Shown: piece by piece, positions 40,123 to 49,834 of the stretch
Layout: the number at the start of each line of letters is the position of its first letter
Position numbering within the stretch: position 1 is the first letter of the stretch
Source: a virus
Lineage: Duplodnaviria; Caudoviricetes
Reading direction: 5' to 3' (one strand)
Length of the DNA: 49,834 nucleotides
Virus record (IMG/VR): IMGVR_UViG_3300012953_000046
Coordinates: 1-49,834 of that record
The notes under the pieces: generated by a model
Seen by the model: only the letters and a program-made list of their open reading frames with translations
Told to the model about the DNA's origin: nothing
Database searches by the model: none
Position numbers and translations under genes: made by a program

Positions 40123-41715
40123 ATGAGCGCAACAGCAAGCTACGACCAATCAACCAAGATAATCACGATTGCATCGAATGGGTTACCAACGCCAGTGGCG
40201 CATGGTACGTTTCCTAACGATAACAATCCTAATGTACCTACTGAACAGGATTTCGATCATGATTTCCTTTACAGAGGTGGTACATTTGGTACTTCTAGGA
40301 CATTTGATACTAACGTATACACACACGATGGTTTCATCCGATCAATAACATTGTCAGTAAATGACCTTACCACCTTCACTGGTGGTAATATTGTTGCTGG
40401 TGACCATGTGATGTTTAAGTTTAGTGATGGACTACACTTAAGATACCTTTACAAAGGTACTGAGTTTACTTCTATTGCTGGTGAGTTCTGGTTAGCATCA
40501 GATGATAGGTTGGATCTGATAATGGATACCCAGGAGATCACTCCTATTAATGGCACATATGAGTATTGGGATAGTAGAAATGGTAGGACTGCCACTCCAC
40601 TAGGGGATATAGGTATTGCTGGTAATGGAGTTAGTATTTTTAACCCTTCTGCTGGTGCTGGACTCAATCCTCCAGCTGGATTTAGTTGGGTTGCTGCTGG
40701 AGATGTACCATTTGTAAATACTGGAGAAGATTCTTGTGGTGGTCACCCTGAACAATCAGGACAATATCACTATCATGACCCACATTTTTTAGATTGTTGG
40801 AAAACTAATTCAACAATGGCAAGTTATAACGATTATTATGGCACTACACAGTTTAATGGTAATAATATTCGTCATCCTGACGGTCATTCTAAGATAGTTG
40901 GTATAGCATTTGATGGATTTCCTATTTACGGACCTTTTGCATACAACTCACCATTTGATAATCTGAGTGGTACTAGGACAATGAGGTCTCAGTATGGTAT
41001 AAGAGACCAAGAAGCACCAGGAAGACCTGATTATGGCACAGATTCTGACAATCCTCCTGCTGGTGCACTCATGGAGGACTATGAATACGTCGAAGGTACT
41101 GGTGATTTAGACGTACATAACGGTAGATATTGCTTTACCCCAGAATATCCCACTGGAACCTACGCATATTTCTTATCAGTAGACCCAGATGACAATGATA
41201 TAACTAAGTTTCCTTATATTATTGGTAATACAACTAGAGAAACTATTGATACAACGTTTACTATATCACCTGTATCCAGTGGTGGAGATGGTGGAGATGG
41301 TGGAGACCCTCCAGTTGCTCCAATATTATCATTCCCACTTCAACCACAGAATGTTACAACCAATTCTGGTCAAACTGCTACCTTCAATATACAGAAGTTG
41401 GTGACACCAGAGGACGGACCTGTATCATATCAGTGGTATAGATCTACAGATGGTGGTTTCGCATTCGCTGTGATCACAGGTGCTACGACAGACACCTATT
41501 CTTTGACTGCATTACCCTATATGACAGGGTATCGCTTTAGATGTCGTATAACTGGTCCAACTGGTGCACCACTTCCTGCTTCTAACTCACCATTAGATTC
41601 ACAAGCAGCAATATTGACCGTTACTGGTACTGGTGGTAGCGGTAGTACGGACAATAGATTCGATAGTACAGCATCTACTATGGATTCTACCTTACAATCT
41701 TATGATGGTACCTAA
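40123..41715 (+). CDS. YHYH-domain virion protein with C-terminal Ig-like domain
   Basis: SNGLP, IGIAGNGVSIFNP, GGHP...GQYHYH, HSKIVGIAFDGFPIYGP, DLDVHNGR...TPEYP.GTYAYF; Ig motif YQWYRS...GYRFRC. Confidence 0.85.
   Translation: MSATASYDQSTKIITIASNGLPTPVAHGTFPNDNNPNVPTEQDFDHDFLYRGGTFGTSRTFDTNVYTHDGFIRSITLSVNDLTTFTGGNIVAGDHVMFKFSDGLHLRYLYKGTEFTSIAGEFWLASDDRLDLIMDTQEITPINGTYEYWDSRNGRTATPLGDIGIAGNGVSIFNPSAGAGLNPPAGFSWVAAGDVPFVNTGEDSCGGHPEQSGQYHYHDPHFLDCWKTNSTMASYNDYYGTTQFNGNNIRHPDGHSKIVGIAFDGFPIYGPFAYNSPFDNLSGTRTMRSQYGIRDQEAPGRPDYGTDSDNPPAGALMEDYEYVEGTGDLDVHNGRYCFTPEYPTGTYAYFLSVDPDDNDITKFPYIIGNTTRETIDTTFTISPVSSGGDGGDGGDPPVAPILSFPLQPQNVTTNSGQTATFNIQKLVTPEDGPVSYQWYRSTDGGFAFAVITGATTDTYSLTALPYMTGYRFRCRITGPTGAPLPASNSPLDSQAAILTVTGTGGSGSTDNRFDSTASTMDSTLQSYDGT
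41281..41307 (+). repeat. 3x 9-bp tandem repeat GGTGGAGAY (Gly-Gly-Asp linker)
   Basis: ggtggagat ggtggagat ggtggagac. Confidence 0.8.
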
Positions 41716-41718
41716 ATA
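41712..41718 (+). promoter_or_regulatory. late promoter-like CTAAATA overlapping a stop codon
   Basis: Upstream of the gp9-like gene. Confidence 0.65.
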
Positions 41719-41739
41719 ATCCTGTAATCAACTATTCAA

Positions 41740-43221
41740 ATGGCTAAACAATCACTAAGTATTGGTACTACCGCTAATGACGGCACAGGCGACAGTCTAA
41801 GAGATGGTGCTATCAAATTGAATCAAGTCATTGATGAGATTTACGCCAATCTAGGTAACGATACCAATCTACAAGTCAATGTAGGATCTCCTACAACTGG
41901 ACAAACCTTAGTATGGAATGGTGCTCAGTTCTCTGAGGGTCATTATAATGCATTTACTTCTGATGTAGATGTAGCAGGGTTTAAAATTGTGTCATCTTCA
42001 AATGGTGACGTAATTATACAACCTAATGGCAGTGGTGATATCAAATTCTGGGCTGCTAACACTGGATCAGCATTAACATACGTCGATGGTGCTGATGGAA
42101 AGTTGAAATGGTCTAATGACTTTGCAACTTCTGGTGACCTACCAGCATTTACAGACCATAAAGGTATGTTTGGTGTTGTAATTGATGAATCTGCTGCATA
42201 TTATGCAACTAATGCAGCATGGACAAAGATTATAGACACTACATGTAGTGTAGGAATGCTTGATGACGTAGATATGACAGTCGGTGGAGGTCCGAGCGAT
42301 GGTCAAGTTCTTAAATGGTCCGCTGCAAATACTAAATGGGAGCCTGCTAACGATCTCGAAGGATCTGGAGGAGGCGGTGGCACGACTCAAAACTTATTTG
42401 AAGGATTCACTGCTGACACTGGCAGTACTACTGCTAGTGCTGCTACTGATGTTCTTACAGTTGCGGGAGGCACTAATGTCTCGACTACAATCGTCGGAGA
42501 CACCCTCACAATAGACATGACAGGGGCACTTGGTGATGCAAACCAAAATGCCTATGGTGTTATTGGAAGTGATGTAGGATCAAAAACAGCAAGTAGCACA
42601 ACTGCTACTATCAATGTCATTGGTGGTACTGGTATAAGCACTGCTATATCAGGAGATAACCTAACAGTAACCAATGATTCTCCAAACGTATCACAGAATA
42701 TATTCCAGACAATCGCTGGTGATAGTGGTACCACTGCTGCTGGAAGTGCAACTACTACATTAACTGTAGCGGGCGGTAATGGAGTTACAACTGCTGCAAC
42801 AGCAGACACATTAACGGTAAATGCAGATCTTTACCTTGCATCAAGTGCATCTTCAAATGATAATATCGTATTCAACGGTACTGCATGGGAACCTGTAGAA
42901 AGTCCTACAGTTAGTTTCACAGTCACAGCACCTACCATGAGTGATTACCAGTTCTCAGGTGGTGGTATGGATACTTCAGCTAATAACCCAACAATCTATG
43001 TCCATAGAGGGTTTACATATAGATTTAATAACTCTTCTGGTGTGGCACACCCATTTGAATTGAGACAGTCAGCAGGTGGTTCTGCTGTAACTGTTGGTGT
43101 TAGTGGATCTAATACTGGAGTACAATATTATACAGTACCAATGGCTCTTGCTTCTGGTACAAATTACAAATATCAATGCACACTTCATCCAGCAATGGTT
43201 GGAGATATAATCGTAGTCTAA
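41740..43221 (+). CDS. gp9/gp10-like baseplate-fibre connector with internal repeats and a C-terminal cupredoxin-like domain
   Basis: MAKQ...IGT.ANDGTGDSLRDGA.K.N....EIY is the T4 gp9/10 N-terminal motif; three QN...D.G...A......VAGG repeats; AHPF...YQCTLHPAMVG C-terminus. Confidence 0.8.
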   Translation: MAKQSLSIGTTANDGTGDSLRDGAIKLNQVIDEIYANLGNDTNLQVNVGSPTTGQTLVWNGAQFSEGHYNAFTSDVDVAGFKIVSSSNGDVIIQPNGSGDIKFWAANTGSALTYVDGADGKLKWSNDFATSGDLPAFTDHKGMFGVVIDESAAYYATNAAWTKIIDTTCSVGMLDDVDMTVGGGPSDGQVLKWSAANTKWEPANDLEGSGGGGGTTQNLFEGFTADTGSTTASAATDVLTVAGGTNVSTTIVGDTLTIDMTGALGDANQNAYGVIGSDVGSKTASSTTATINVIGGTGISTAISGDNLTVTNDSPNVSQNIFQTIAGDSGTTAAGSATTTLTVAGGNGVTTAATADTLTVNADLYLASSASSNDNIVFNGTAWEPVESPTVSFTVTAPTMSDYQFSGGGMDTSANNPTIYVHRGFTYRFNNSSGVAHPFELRQSAGGSAVTVGVSGSNTGVQYYTVPMALASGTNYKYQCTLHPAMVGDIIVV

Positions 43222-43222
43222 T

Positions 43223-45118
43223 ATGACAAGAACCGTACCTGGATCTGGAGCACAAATCTTCCCTGTATTTAATAGTATATCAGGGGTGAGGGATGTCTAT
43301 GTGATTAATTCTGGTAGTGGATACGATCCTAATGATCCACCCAGACTTCGTATTGACAATTGTGGTACTCCAATTCGTGATGCTGTTCTAAGACCTGTTA
43401 TAGAAGGTGACGCTGGTGAGATTACTGCTGTAGAAGTATTAGATCCAGGTGAAGGATATAACCCTTTAAAGTTAGTAGTAGAAGATGATGGTTCTGATAA
43501 TCATGCAGATGGTATAGTATATCTGAAAGAAGACGGTAGCGTTGACTTTATTCAGATAACCACTCCTGGTGATGGTTATTATAATGCTACTGCTAAAATT
43601 GAAGGTGGTGGTGGATCTGGTGCTGAATTGATACCAGTAACAGGACTGATAACTGGTCTTGCTATTGAAGAGCAAGGTAGAAACTATACAGAAGAGGATG
43701 TTAACCTCATCATATCAGGTGGTGGTGGACAGGGTGCAACTGGTGTTGCTGCTGTTAATCCATTTGGTGAAGTTAGTTCAATAACCCTGACAAACCAAGG
43801 TGAGTTCTTTGAATCTCCTCCTTTAATACAGATAATTAAGGGTGGTGGATCAGGAGCAACTGCTGAAGCATATATTAGTCTAGGTCAAATTACAGAAATC
43901 AATCTCTTAGCAGGTGGCGGTGGATATAGTACGCCCCCAGAGATTATCTTTACTAGGGATACAAACCTTATTAGAGAAGCAAGAGTTAGACAGTCGTTAA
44001 ACGCAGTTACATACAACCTTACAGGTATTACAACTGATTTAACATCAAATCAAACAGAAATACCAGTTGAAACTACCACTCCTTTCCCAGGTTCAGGTAA
44101 AATTCTACTTGGTAGAGAGTTAATTAGATATACAGGTAGGACACAGAAGGGTATAGACGGTGCTACTTACGATGCTTTCACTGGATGTGATAGAGGTATT
44201 AACTTCCGTTTCGATCAGAAGGTAATACTTGATAATTTACAGGATGATCCAAATACAGGACTCACTGCTTATAATTTCAGTGTTACTGACAAGGTAAGAA
44301 GAGTACTTGAATCATCTAACAACCGAGTTGCTATCGTTTACGACTGGGATGTTGAACAAAGAGCACTATATCTAACCTTTGAGGTTGATGAGTTAGCATT
44401 CATCGATGGTGGTAGATCTAATGAGAAGGCAAAGAACATAGCATTCGTTGCTGGTACTTCTGGATCATCAGGTACAGGTATTGAACCTCATATCTTAGTT
44501 GAAAAGGAAGGAAGTGACATCGTTACTTTCACTGTACCTCTAGGACTCATCCTTAACAGGGCATTTGAAGATGATGATGAAGAGTATACTGATAGTGAGG
44601 GTATACAACGATTTGGTGATGGTATTATTGACTTAGTTAACACTGGGACTGACTTTGAAAACCAGATTAATTTAGATGGGGGCATCGCACCGTCTAAATA
44701 TGGTATAGAAGAAACTCTTGGTGGTACCAATACTACCCTATTACAAATTGGTGACCAAATATATGATGGTAGTCAAAATGCTTTAGTTGCAACAGTACAA
44801 TCTGCTGGTCAACTAGGGGATGGTGACACTCACGTTGCTACAGCAACTGCTATAATTGAATATACTACTTCCACACTCCACCGTGTAGCACCAGCAGAAG
44901 AAGTTGAAGGTATTACTACTGGAGTTAAAGCACAATCTGTCACTAGGACTCCTGGTCCTAAGAATGGACAATATACATTAACAGTCGAAAGTCTAGTTAA
45001 TAATGGTGATACTTACAAGTTTAATGTAGGTGAAGTACTCCGAGGTAACTCATCTGGAGCACTAGCCAACATCAAATCTGTTGAATATAATAAATTTGCC
45101 CGAAACGAGGGTGAATAA
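43223..45118 (+). CDS. virion structural (baseplate-associated) protein with GxGY repeats
   Basis: Repeated V.V...G.GY...P / GGGGSGA.A motifs as in the gp7-like protein; lies between baseplate genes. Confidence 0.75.
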   Translation: MTRTVPGSGAQIFPVFNSISGVRDVYVINSGSGYDPNDPPRLRIDNCGTPIRDAVLRPVIEGDAGEITAVEVLDPGEGYNPLKLVVEDDGSDNHADGIVYLKEDGSVDFIQITTPGDGYYNATAKIEGGGGSGAELIPVTGLITGLAIEEQGRNYTEEDVNLIISGGGGQGATGVAAVNPFGEVSSITLTNQGEFFESPPLIQIIKGGGSGATAEAYISLGQITEINLLAGGGGYSTPPEIIFTRDTNLIREARVRQSLNAVTYNLTGITTDLTSNQTEIPVETTTPFPGSGKILLGRELIRYTGRTQKGIDGATYDAFTGCDRGINFRFDQKVILDNLQDDPNTGLTAYNFSVTDKVRRVLESSNNRVAIVYDWDVEQRALYLTFEVDELAFIDGGRSNEKAKNIAFVAGTSGSSGTGIEPHILVEKEGSDIVTFTVPLGLILNRAFEDDDEEYTDSEGIQRFGDGIIDLVNTGTDFENQINLDGGIAPSKYGIEETLGGTNTTLLQIGDQIYDGSQNALVATVQSAGQLGDGDTHVATATAIIEYTTSTLHRVAPAEEVEGITTGVKAQSVTRTPGPKNGQYTLTVESLVNNGDTYKFNVGEVLRGNSSGALANIKSVEYNKFARNEGE

Positions 45119-45122
45119 CACA

Positions 45123-45130
45123 CATAAATA
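45123..45130 (+). promoter_or_regulatory. T4-type late promoter CATAAATA
   Basis: Intergenic, 22 nt upstream of the gp8 ATG. Confidence 0.8.
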
Positions 45131-45152
45131 AAAAGAAGGCAATTGTATAGTA

Positions 45153-46688
45153 ATGGCATTACTTACCGACCAATTTAGAATATTTACTGCCGAAAGGTTC
45201 AGGAAGGCACTTGAAGGGCCGAATCCTACTCAGTCTGACCTGGAAGCGGGTACTAGTCGGGATCGCCTTTACGTGTTTATTGGTAGACCACAACCGTGGG
45301 ATAACGAAAATGCACCTCCAGACCCAGTAGATTCATTCCAAGAATTCTCCGATGACTATTCGGACATGATCTCCCTGAAGAGAGTGTTAGCAAATGACAC
45401 CATTCAGGTTATTCGACGTACTGACTGGATTCCCCCTGAGCAAACCACTGGTGGCTTGGGTTATGTTTATGATATGTATCGTCATGATTACTCCTCGACT
45501 AAAACTGCATCATCGGGTGCGACTAAACTTTACGACGCAGATTTCTACGTTGTTAACTCGTCTTACCAAGTTTACAAGTGCATTTACAACGGCACCAGTC
45601 CTTCTGATCCTAATGGTAAACCTAGTACTGTTGAGCCTACTGGCACCTCCACTTCAATTATCACAACTGCTGATGGTTACCGTTGGAAGTATATGTTTAC
45701 GATCCCTGTTGGTCAGGTCTTAAAATTCTTCTCCAACGAATACATGCCTGTGTTGTTTGACACTGCTGTTGTTGCTGATGCTATTGGTGGAGAGATTGAT
45801 ACTATTGTTATTGGATCATCTGGTGCAGGTTATAACAACGGTACCTATGAAAACGTCCCTATTAAAGGAGACGGAGTTGGTGGTAGAGTTTCACTTGTTG
45901 TAGACGGTGGTCGTATTGCCTCTGCTACTGTTACATCTGGTGGATCTGGATACACCTTTGGTAAAGTAATCATCGATGAAGTCAACGGTATTGGTGCTGG
46001 AACAGGTACTGGTGGTAGCGTTGAAGTTGTTATACCTCCTACTGGTGGTCATGGAGCATCTCCTGCTACTGAGTTAGGTGGTTTCCGTGTGATGATCAAC
46101 ACCAAGTTCACCTACGATGAAGGATCAGGTGACTTCCCAACTGACAACGACTATCGTCGTATTGGTTTGGTAATTAATCCTAATAAGTTTGGCACAACAG
46201 AGTTAACATCAGATTTAACATTGAGTGCAACAAAAGCGGCTATCTTCGCACCTACGTTTACTGGTAACTTCCAGACTGACGAGATTATAACCCAGTCTCG
46301 TACCGTTGGAGGTCAACAGGTAACAGCAAGAGGACGTGTTATATCATGGAATAACACCACTAAGGTACTTAAGTATTATCAGAATAGAATTGATGGAGTA
46401 TTCCCAGAATTCACTGGTAACTTAATAGACTTTGAAGGTGGTAACCCAATTGTGGGTGCTACTTCAGGTGCATCTGCTGACCCAGACATTAACTTCCCTA
46501 TTGTTTCAGGATCCTCTACGAGGGTTATTAACAATGCTGAGTATGACTTAGGTATGGCATTTACTAATGGTTATGCAAAAGCAGAAGTTGATCCTAACTC
46601 AGGTGATGTTATCTACATAGATAACAGAGGAGCAATTACTCGTGCTGGAGACCAAATTGAAGACATCAAAATCGTAATCGAGTTCTAA
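45153..46688 (+). CDS. gp8: baseplate wedge subunit gp8
   Basis: LYVFIGRPQPW...PP.P.D; YQVYKC..N...STVEPT...DGYRWKYMFTI; YRRIGL..NP; SGDVIYIDNR..ITR..DQ.EDIKIVIEF. Confidence 0.95.
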   Translation: MALLTDQFRIFTAERFRKALEGPNPTQSDLEAGTSRDRLYVFIGRPQPWDNENAPPDPVDSFQEFSDDYSDMISLKRVLANDTIQVIRRTDWIPPEQTTGGLGYVYDMYRHDYSSTKTASSGATKLYDADFYVVNSSYQVYKCIYNGTSPSDPNGKPSTVEPTGTSTSIITTADGYRWKYMFTIPVGQVLKFFSNEYMPVLFDTAVVADAIGGEIDTIVIGSSGAGYNNGTYENVPIKGDGVGGRVSLVVDGGRIASATVTSGGSGYTFGKVIIDEVNGIGAGTGTGGSVEVVIPPTGGHGASPATELGGFRVMINTKFTYDEGSGDFPTDNDYRRIGLVINPNKFGTTELTSDLTLSATKAAIFAPTFTGNFQTDEIITQSRTVGGQQVTARGRVISWNNTTKVLKYYQNRIDGVFPEFTGNLIDFEGGNPIVGATSGASADPDINFPIVSGSSTRVINNAEYDLGMAFTNGYAKAEVDPNSGDVIYIDNRGAITRAGDQIEDIKIVIEF

Positions 46689-46691
46689 GAC

Positions 46692-49600
46692 ATGCCACAG
46701 AATACTAATTTAAACATTAGTCCTTACTTTGATGACTTTGATAAGGACAAGAATTTTTACAGAGTCTTATTTAGACCAGGATATCCTATCCAGGCAAGAG
46801 AACTCACGACTATGCAGTCGATCCTTCAGAACCAATTGGAGTCTGTTGGACAACACTTCTTTAAAGAAGGAAGCATGGTCATACCAGGTCAGGTGGGTTA
46901 TGACCTTCAAGTGCAAGCAATTGTCCTTCAACAATCATTCCTAGGGGTAGACGTTGAGACGTATCGTACCCAGTTAAATGGGCAGATTATTGAGGGTATT
47001 ACTACAGGTATTAAGGCAAAGGTACTATATTCTATCCCTTCTACAGAAAGTACTAAGGGGTATGTTACATTGTACGTTAAGTACGTTGAGTCAGGTGACA
47101 CTACCAGTGACACTACCCTTAAGACTTTTCAGCCCAACGAGCAACTATTGGCCGAAAATGAAATCACCTTCGGGACTACACTGATTGAAGTAGGATCACC
47201 ATTTGCTCAACTTTTACCAGTCAATGCAATTGCGGTAGCATCTACTGCATATATCAATGCTGGTGTTTACTTTATTAGAGGACATTTCGTTGATGTACCA
47301 AGCTCATATCTCATCCTTGATCAATACGATAACAACCCATCTTACAGAGTTGGACTTGAAGTTAGTGAGTCAATCGTTACGCCAGAAGATGATCCATCGC
47401 TTAATGATAATGCGGCTGGCACATCTAACTACAGTGCTCCAGGTGGTCACAGATTTAGAATTAAGACTACTCTCACTAAGAAGCCAATCACAGATGAGAC
47501 AGATAAGAACTTCATTGAATTATTGCGTATCAACCAGTCAAAGGTTGAGCAATTCGTTACTAGCACTGCATATTCAGAGCTTGAAAGATCTATGGCTCGT
47601 CGAACATACGAAGAGTCTGGAGACTATGTAATTGATACCTTTACTGTTAAGGCAAGAGAGTGTTTAGATGATGGTTTTAACAACGGTGTATACCGTGCAG
47701 GTGATACAACTGCTGATGGTGCACTAGCATCTGATGATCTAGTTGCATTTGAGGTATCTCCAGGACGTGCATATGTTAAAGGATACAGGACTGAGTTTCT
47801 TGTACCACAATATGTTGATGCTCCTAAACCAAGAGATTTCGATTCAGTACAAAACGCTATCCTAGCATTCAGATTAGGACAGTATGTAAAAGTTTACGAT
47901 GTGTATGGATGGCCCGACCTAACTGGTGAAGGTGTTACATCTGCATATCAAACCCTAGAGATATATGATGACTGGACACTGAATACTACCAACACTACCC
48001 AAGGTACGATGATTGGTAGGATGCGTACGGTTCAGATCCAAGAGACTAACCTAAATGGTGTCTGGGATTTATGGATATTTGATGCCCAAATGTTTACTGC
48101 AATCAACTTTGCAGCAGGTAATCAGACCGTACAGGTGGGTGATTTGATCCGAGGTAGGTCATCTCAAGCAACAGGTTTTGTTGCTGAAGCAGGTTCAGGT
48201 ACTAACTGTAGACTGGAGCAAGTATCAGGTGTCTTCCAAAATGGCGAGGTAATGGAGCGTGATGGCCGAGTTGTTGGAACACTGGAAGCAGCACATACAT
48301 TTAACTTAACTGATGGTAGACATGTAGTTGGTAGAAACGCAGGTAACGCTGTTATCTTCGGTGCTAACTTAATGTTGAATGATGTTAGGATTATTGAAGG
48401 TACAACTATCACTATTGACCAAGCAGGTAATAGTAGACTAGAAGGATTTAGGACAAAGTTTGCACAAGACTTACGTCCAGGCGATGTAGTTACATCTACT
48501 AACACATCTGAAGAGGGTGAGAATACTCTTAGAATTCAGACAGTTGATGTTACTGCAATCAACACAACTTATACAAACGCTGCTACAGGTCAGTCAGCAT
48601 ACATCTTTGACTACCTCAACCAGTATGCTGGATTAGAAGCAGGTGCTAAAAAAGGTACTGTTAATGATGGTGAGGTAGGTGCTCTAGCAAGGATGCGTCC
48701 ATTCGTATTCCAGAAGGACTACCAGAATGGTGAGTTATCTATTGACTGTCCTAGGACATCTATGAAGTCAATCTCTGACGAATCATTCTTTGTATTCAGG
48801 ACATTCACTAATAAGACTGTTGTATCTGGTGGTGTTACTGTTTCACTACCTGAATCAGAGCAGTTTGCAACACTTGATGATGAGAACTATATCCTAACTA
48901 TTATCTCAGAATCTGGATCTGCATGGTCTGTAGGAGATAACTTAGATATAGATGGTCTTGCTACCCTTGGTACTTTGACAGTTACCTTTGGTGCTGACAG
49001 ACAGTCAATCACTATTGATGGTCTTGCTAACGTATCTACTATCAAACTAACTGCACTGGTATCTAAGAATATCGTCAGTAAGAAGATTAAGACTGCTGCT
49101 AAGATGAGAGCGTTGAAAGTTATCCGCACTCGTATTAACAATGACCAACAGAAATATGGTTTAGCATATGGTAACCTATATGGCACACGTATTGAAGATG
49201 AAGAGATATCATTTGCGTTGAATGACGTATATAAGGTACATGCTGTATACGAGTCAGAGGATGATGGAGATGCATCACCTCCATATATTGTATTAACAGA
49301 GTCAACCTTCTTTGATAATGGAACAGTTATCATAGGTAAGACATCTGGTGCTCGTGGTAGAGTTATTCAATTTATTAACGCTACTCTAAGACTATACTAT
49401 GTCCAGTTAAATGAAATTCCATTTGCTGCTGGTGAGTCTGTAGAGGGTGTAGATGATGATGGAATTCCTTTATCAGCATTCGTTGATGACGCTGAGGGAT
49501 CAGTATTCAGAGGTAGTAAAGTTGTTACTACACAGTATGAGTTAGATCCAGGTCAGAAAGCACACTACTATGATGTCTGTAAGATTGCTAGACTTCCACA

Positions 49601-49834
49601 GTATACTCCACCTATTCGTAAACTATTAGTAGTCTTTGATTACTTCATTCATGAATCATCAGGAGATTACTTTGCTGCTCAATCATATACAGGTATATCA
49701 TATAAAGATATTCCAACCTATAAACTTGATGGATCTATTAACTGGTTAAGAGACCAAGTAGACTTCCGTCCAGGTGTAGGTGAGTTAGCGTCTGGATCAG
49801 GTACAGTTACTGCACCATTCTATGTAAACTGCGC
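46692..49834 (+). CDS. VrlC-like / DUF4815 large structural protein, 3' truncated by the window edge (not in ORF track)
   Basis: Manual translation MPQNTNLNISPYFDDFDKDKNFYRVLFRPGYPIQARELTTMQSILQNQ...APGGHRFRI...RRTYEESGDY...SPGRAYVKG; frame appears open to the end of the window. Confidence 0.9.
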   Translation, partial: MPQNTNLNISPYFDDFDKDKNFYRVLFRPGYPIQARELTTMQSILQNQLESVGQHFFKEGSMVIPGQVGYDLQVQAIVLQQSFLGVDVETYRTQLNGQIIEGITTGIKAKVLYSIPSTESTKGYVTLYVKYVESGDTTSDTTLKTFQPNEQLLAENEITFGTTLIEVGSPFAQLLPVNAIAVASTAYINAGVYFIRGHFVDVPSSYLILDQYDNNPSYRVGLEVSESIVTPEDDPSLNDNAAGTSNYSAPGGHRFRIKTTLTKKPITDETDKNFIELLRINQSKVEQFVTSTAYSELERSMARRTYEESGDYVIDTFTVKARECLDDGFNNGVYRAGDTTADGALASDDLVAFEVSPGRAYVKGYRTEFLVPQYVDAPKPRDFDSVQNAILAFRLGQYVKVYDVYGWPDLTGEGVTSAYQTLEIYDDWTLNTTNTTQGTMIGRMRTVQIQETNLNGVWDLWIFDAQMFTAINFAAGNQTVQVGDLIRGRSSQATGFVAEAGSGTNCRLEQVSGVFQNGEVMERDGRVVGTLEAAHTFNLTDGRHVVGRNAGNAVIFGANLMLNDVRIIEGTTITIDQAGNSRLEGFRTKFAQDLRPGDVVTSTNTSEEGENTLRIQTVDVTAINTTYTNAATGQSAYIFDYLNQYAGLEAGAKKGTVNDGEVGALARMRPFVFQKDYQNGELSIDCPRTSMKSISDESFFVFRTFTNKTVVSGGVTVSLPESEQFATLDDENYILTIISESGSAWSVGDNLDIDGLATLGTLTVTFGADRQSITIDGLANVSTIKLTALVSKNIVSKKIKTAAKMRALKVIRTRINNDQQKYGLAYGNLYGTRIEDEEISFALNDVYKVHAVYESEDDGDASPPYIVLTESTFFDNGTVIIGKTSGARGRVIQFINATLRLYYVQLNEIPFAAGESVEGVDDDGIPLSAFVDDAEGSVFRGSKVVTTQYELDPGQKAHYYDVCKIARLPQYTPPIRKLLVVFDYFIHESSGDYFAAQSYTGISYKDIPTYKLDGSINWLRDQVDFRPGVGELASGSGTVTAPFYVNC

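Noticed and set aside
4077-47631. Many short alternative-frame + strand ORFs (Leu-rich MLL... peptides) inside large genes
   Set aside because: Shadow frames produced by the GCT/ACT/GGT codon bias of the real genes; fully nested, with no RBS or motifs
697-49333. Minus-strand ORFs in the ORF track (e.g. 697-912, 2876-3295, 39112-39510, 48887-49333)
   Set aside because: Antisense to well-supported + strand genes; compositions are mirror images of the coding strand
1-49834. tRNA, rRNA, integrase/transposase or auxiliary metabolic genes (psbA, pebS, cpeT, ho1)
   Set aside because: None recognised in this window; the bilin-enzyme link in the main finding depends on genes that would lie elsewhere in the genome and is unverified

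Overview
Fragment of a T4-like marine cyanomyovirus (Kyanoviridae-type) genome. All credible genes are on the + strand. Bases 1-~2650 hold small hypothetical genes, an NlpC/P60-type peptidase, an AbrB-like small protein and an origin-like non-coding patch (cyanobacterial-type DnaA boxes in inverted pairs, divergent sigma70 promoters, a C-to-G skew switch). The rest is the baseplate/tail module: a 1357-aa structural protein, a PAAR/gp5.4-like spike tip, gp25, gp6, a giant 9922-aa gp7-like protein, a YHYH+Ig protein, a gp9/10-like protein ending in a cupredoxin domain, another structural protein, gp8 and a truncated VrlC/DUF4815 protein, with T4-type late promoters. The main finding lies inside the giant gp7-like protein. 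It carries 6-7 helical domains resembling phycobiliprotein subunits, with a Cys at the bilin-attachment position (C-x-R-D or variants) in six of them. These domains are nested like parentheses around about 30 Cys/Asp/His repeats. The working hypothesis is a bilin-chromophorylated, possibly light-responsive and metal-binding, virion appendage. All assignments are from motif recognition by eye; no searches were run.
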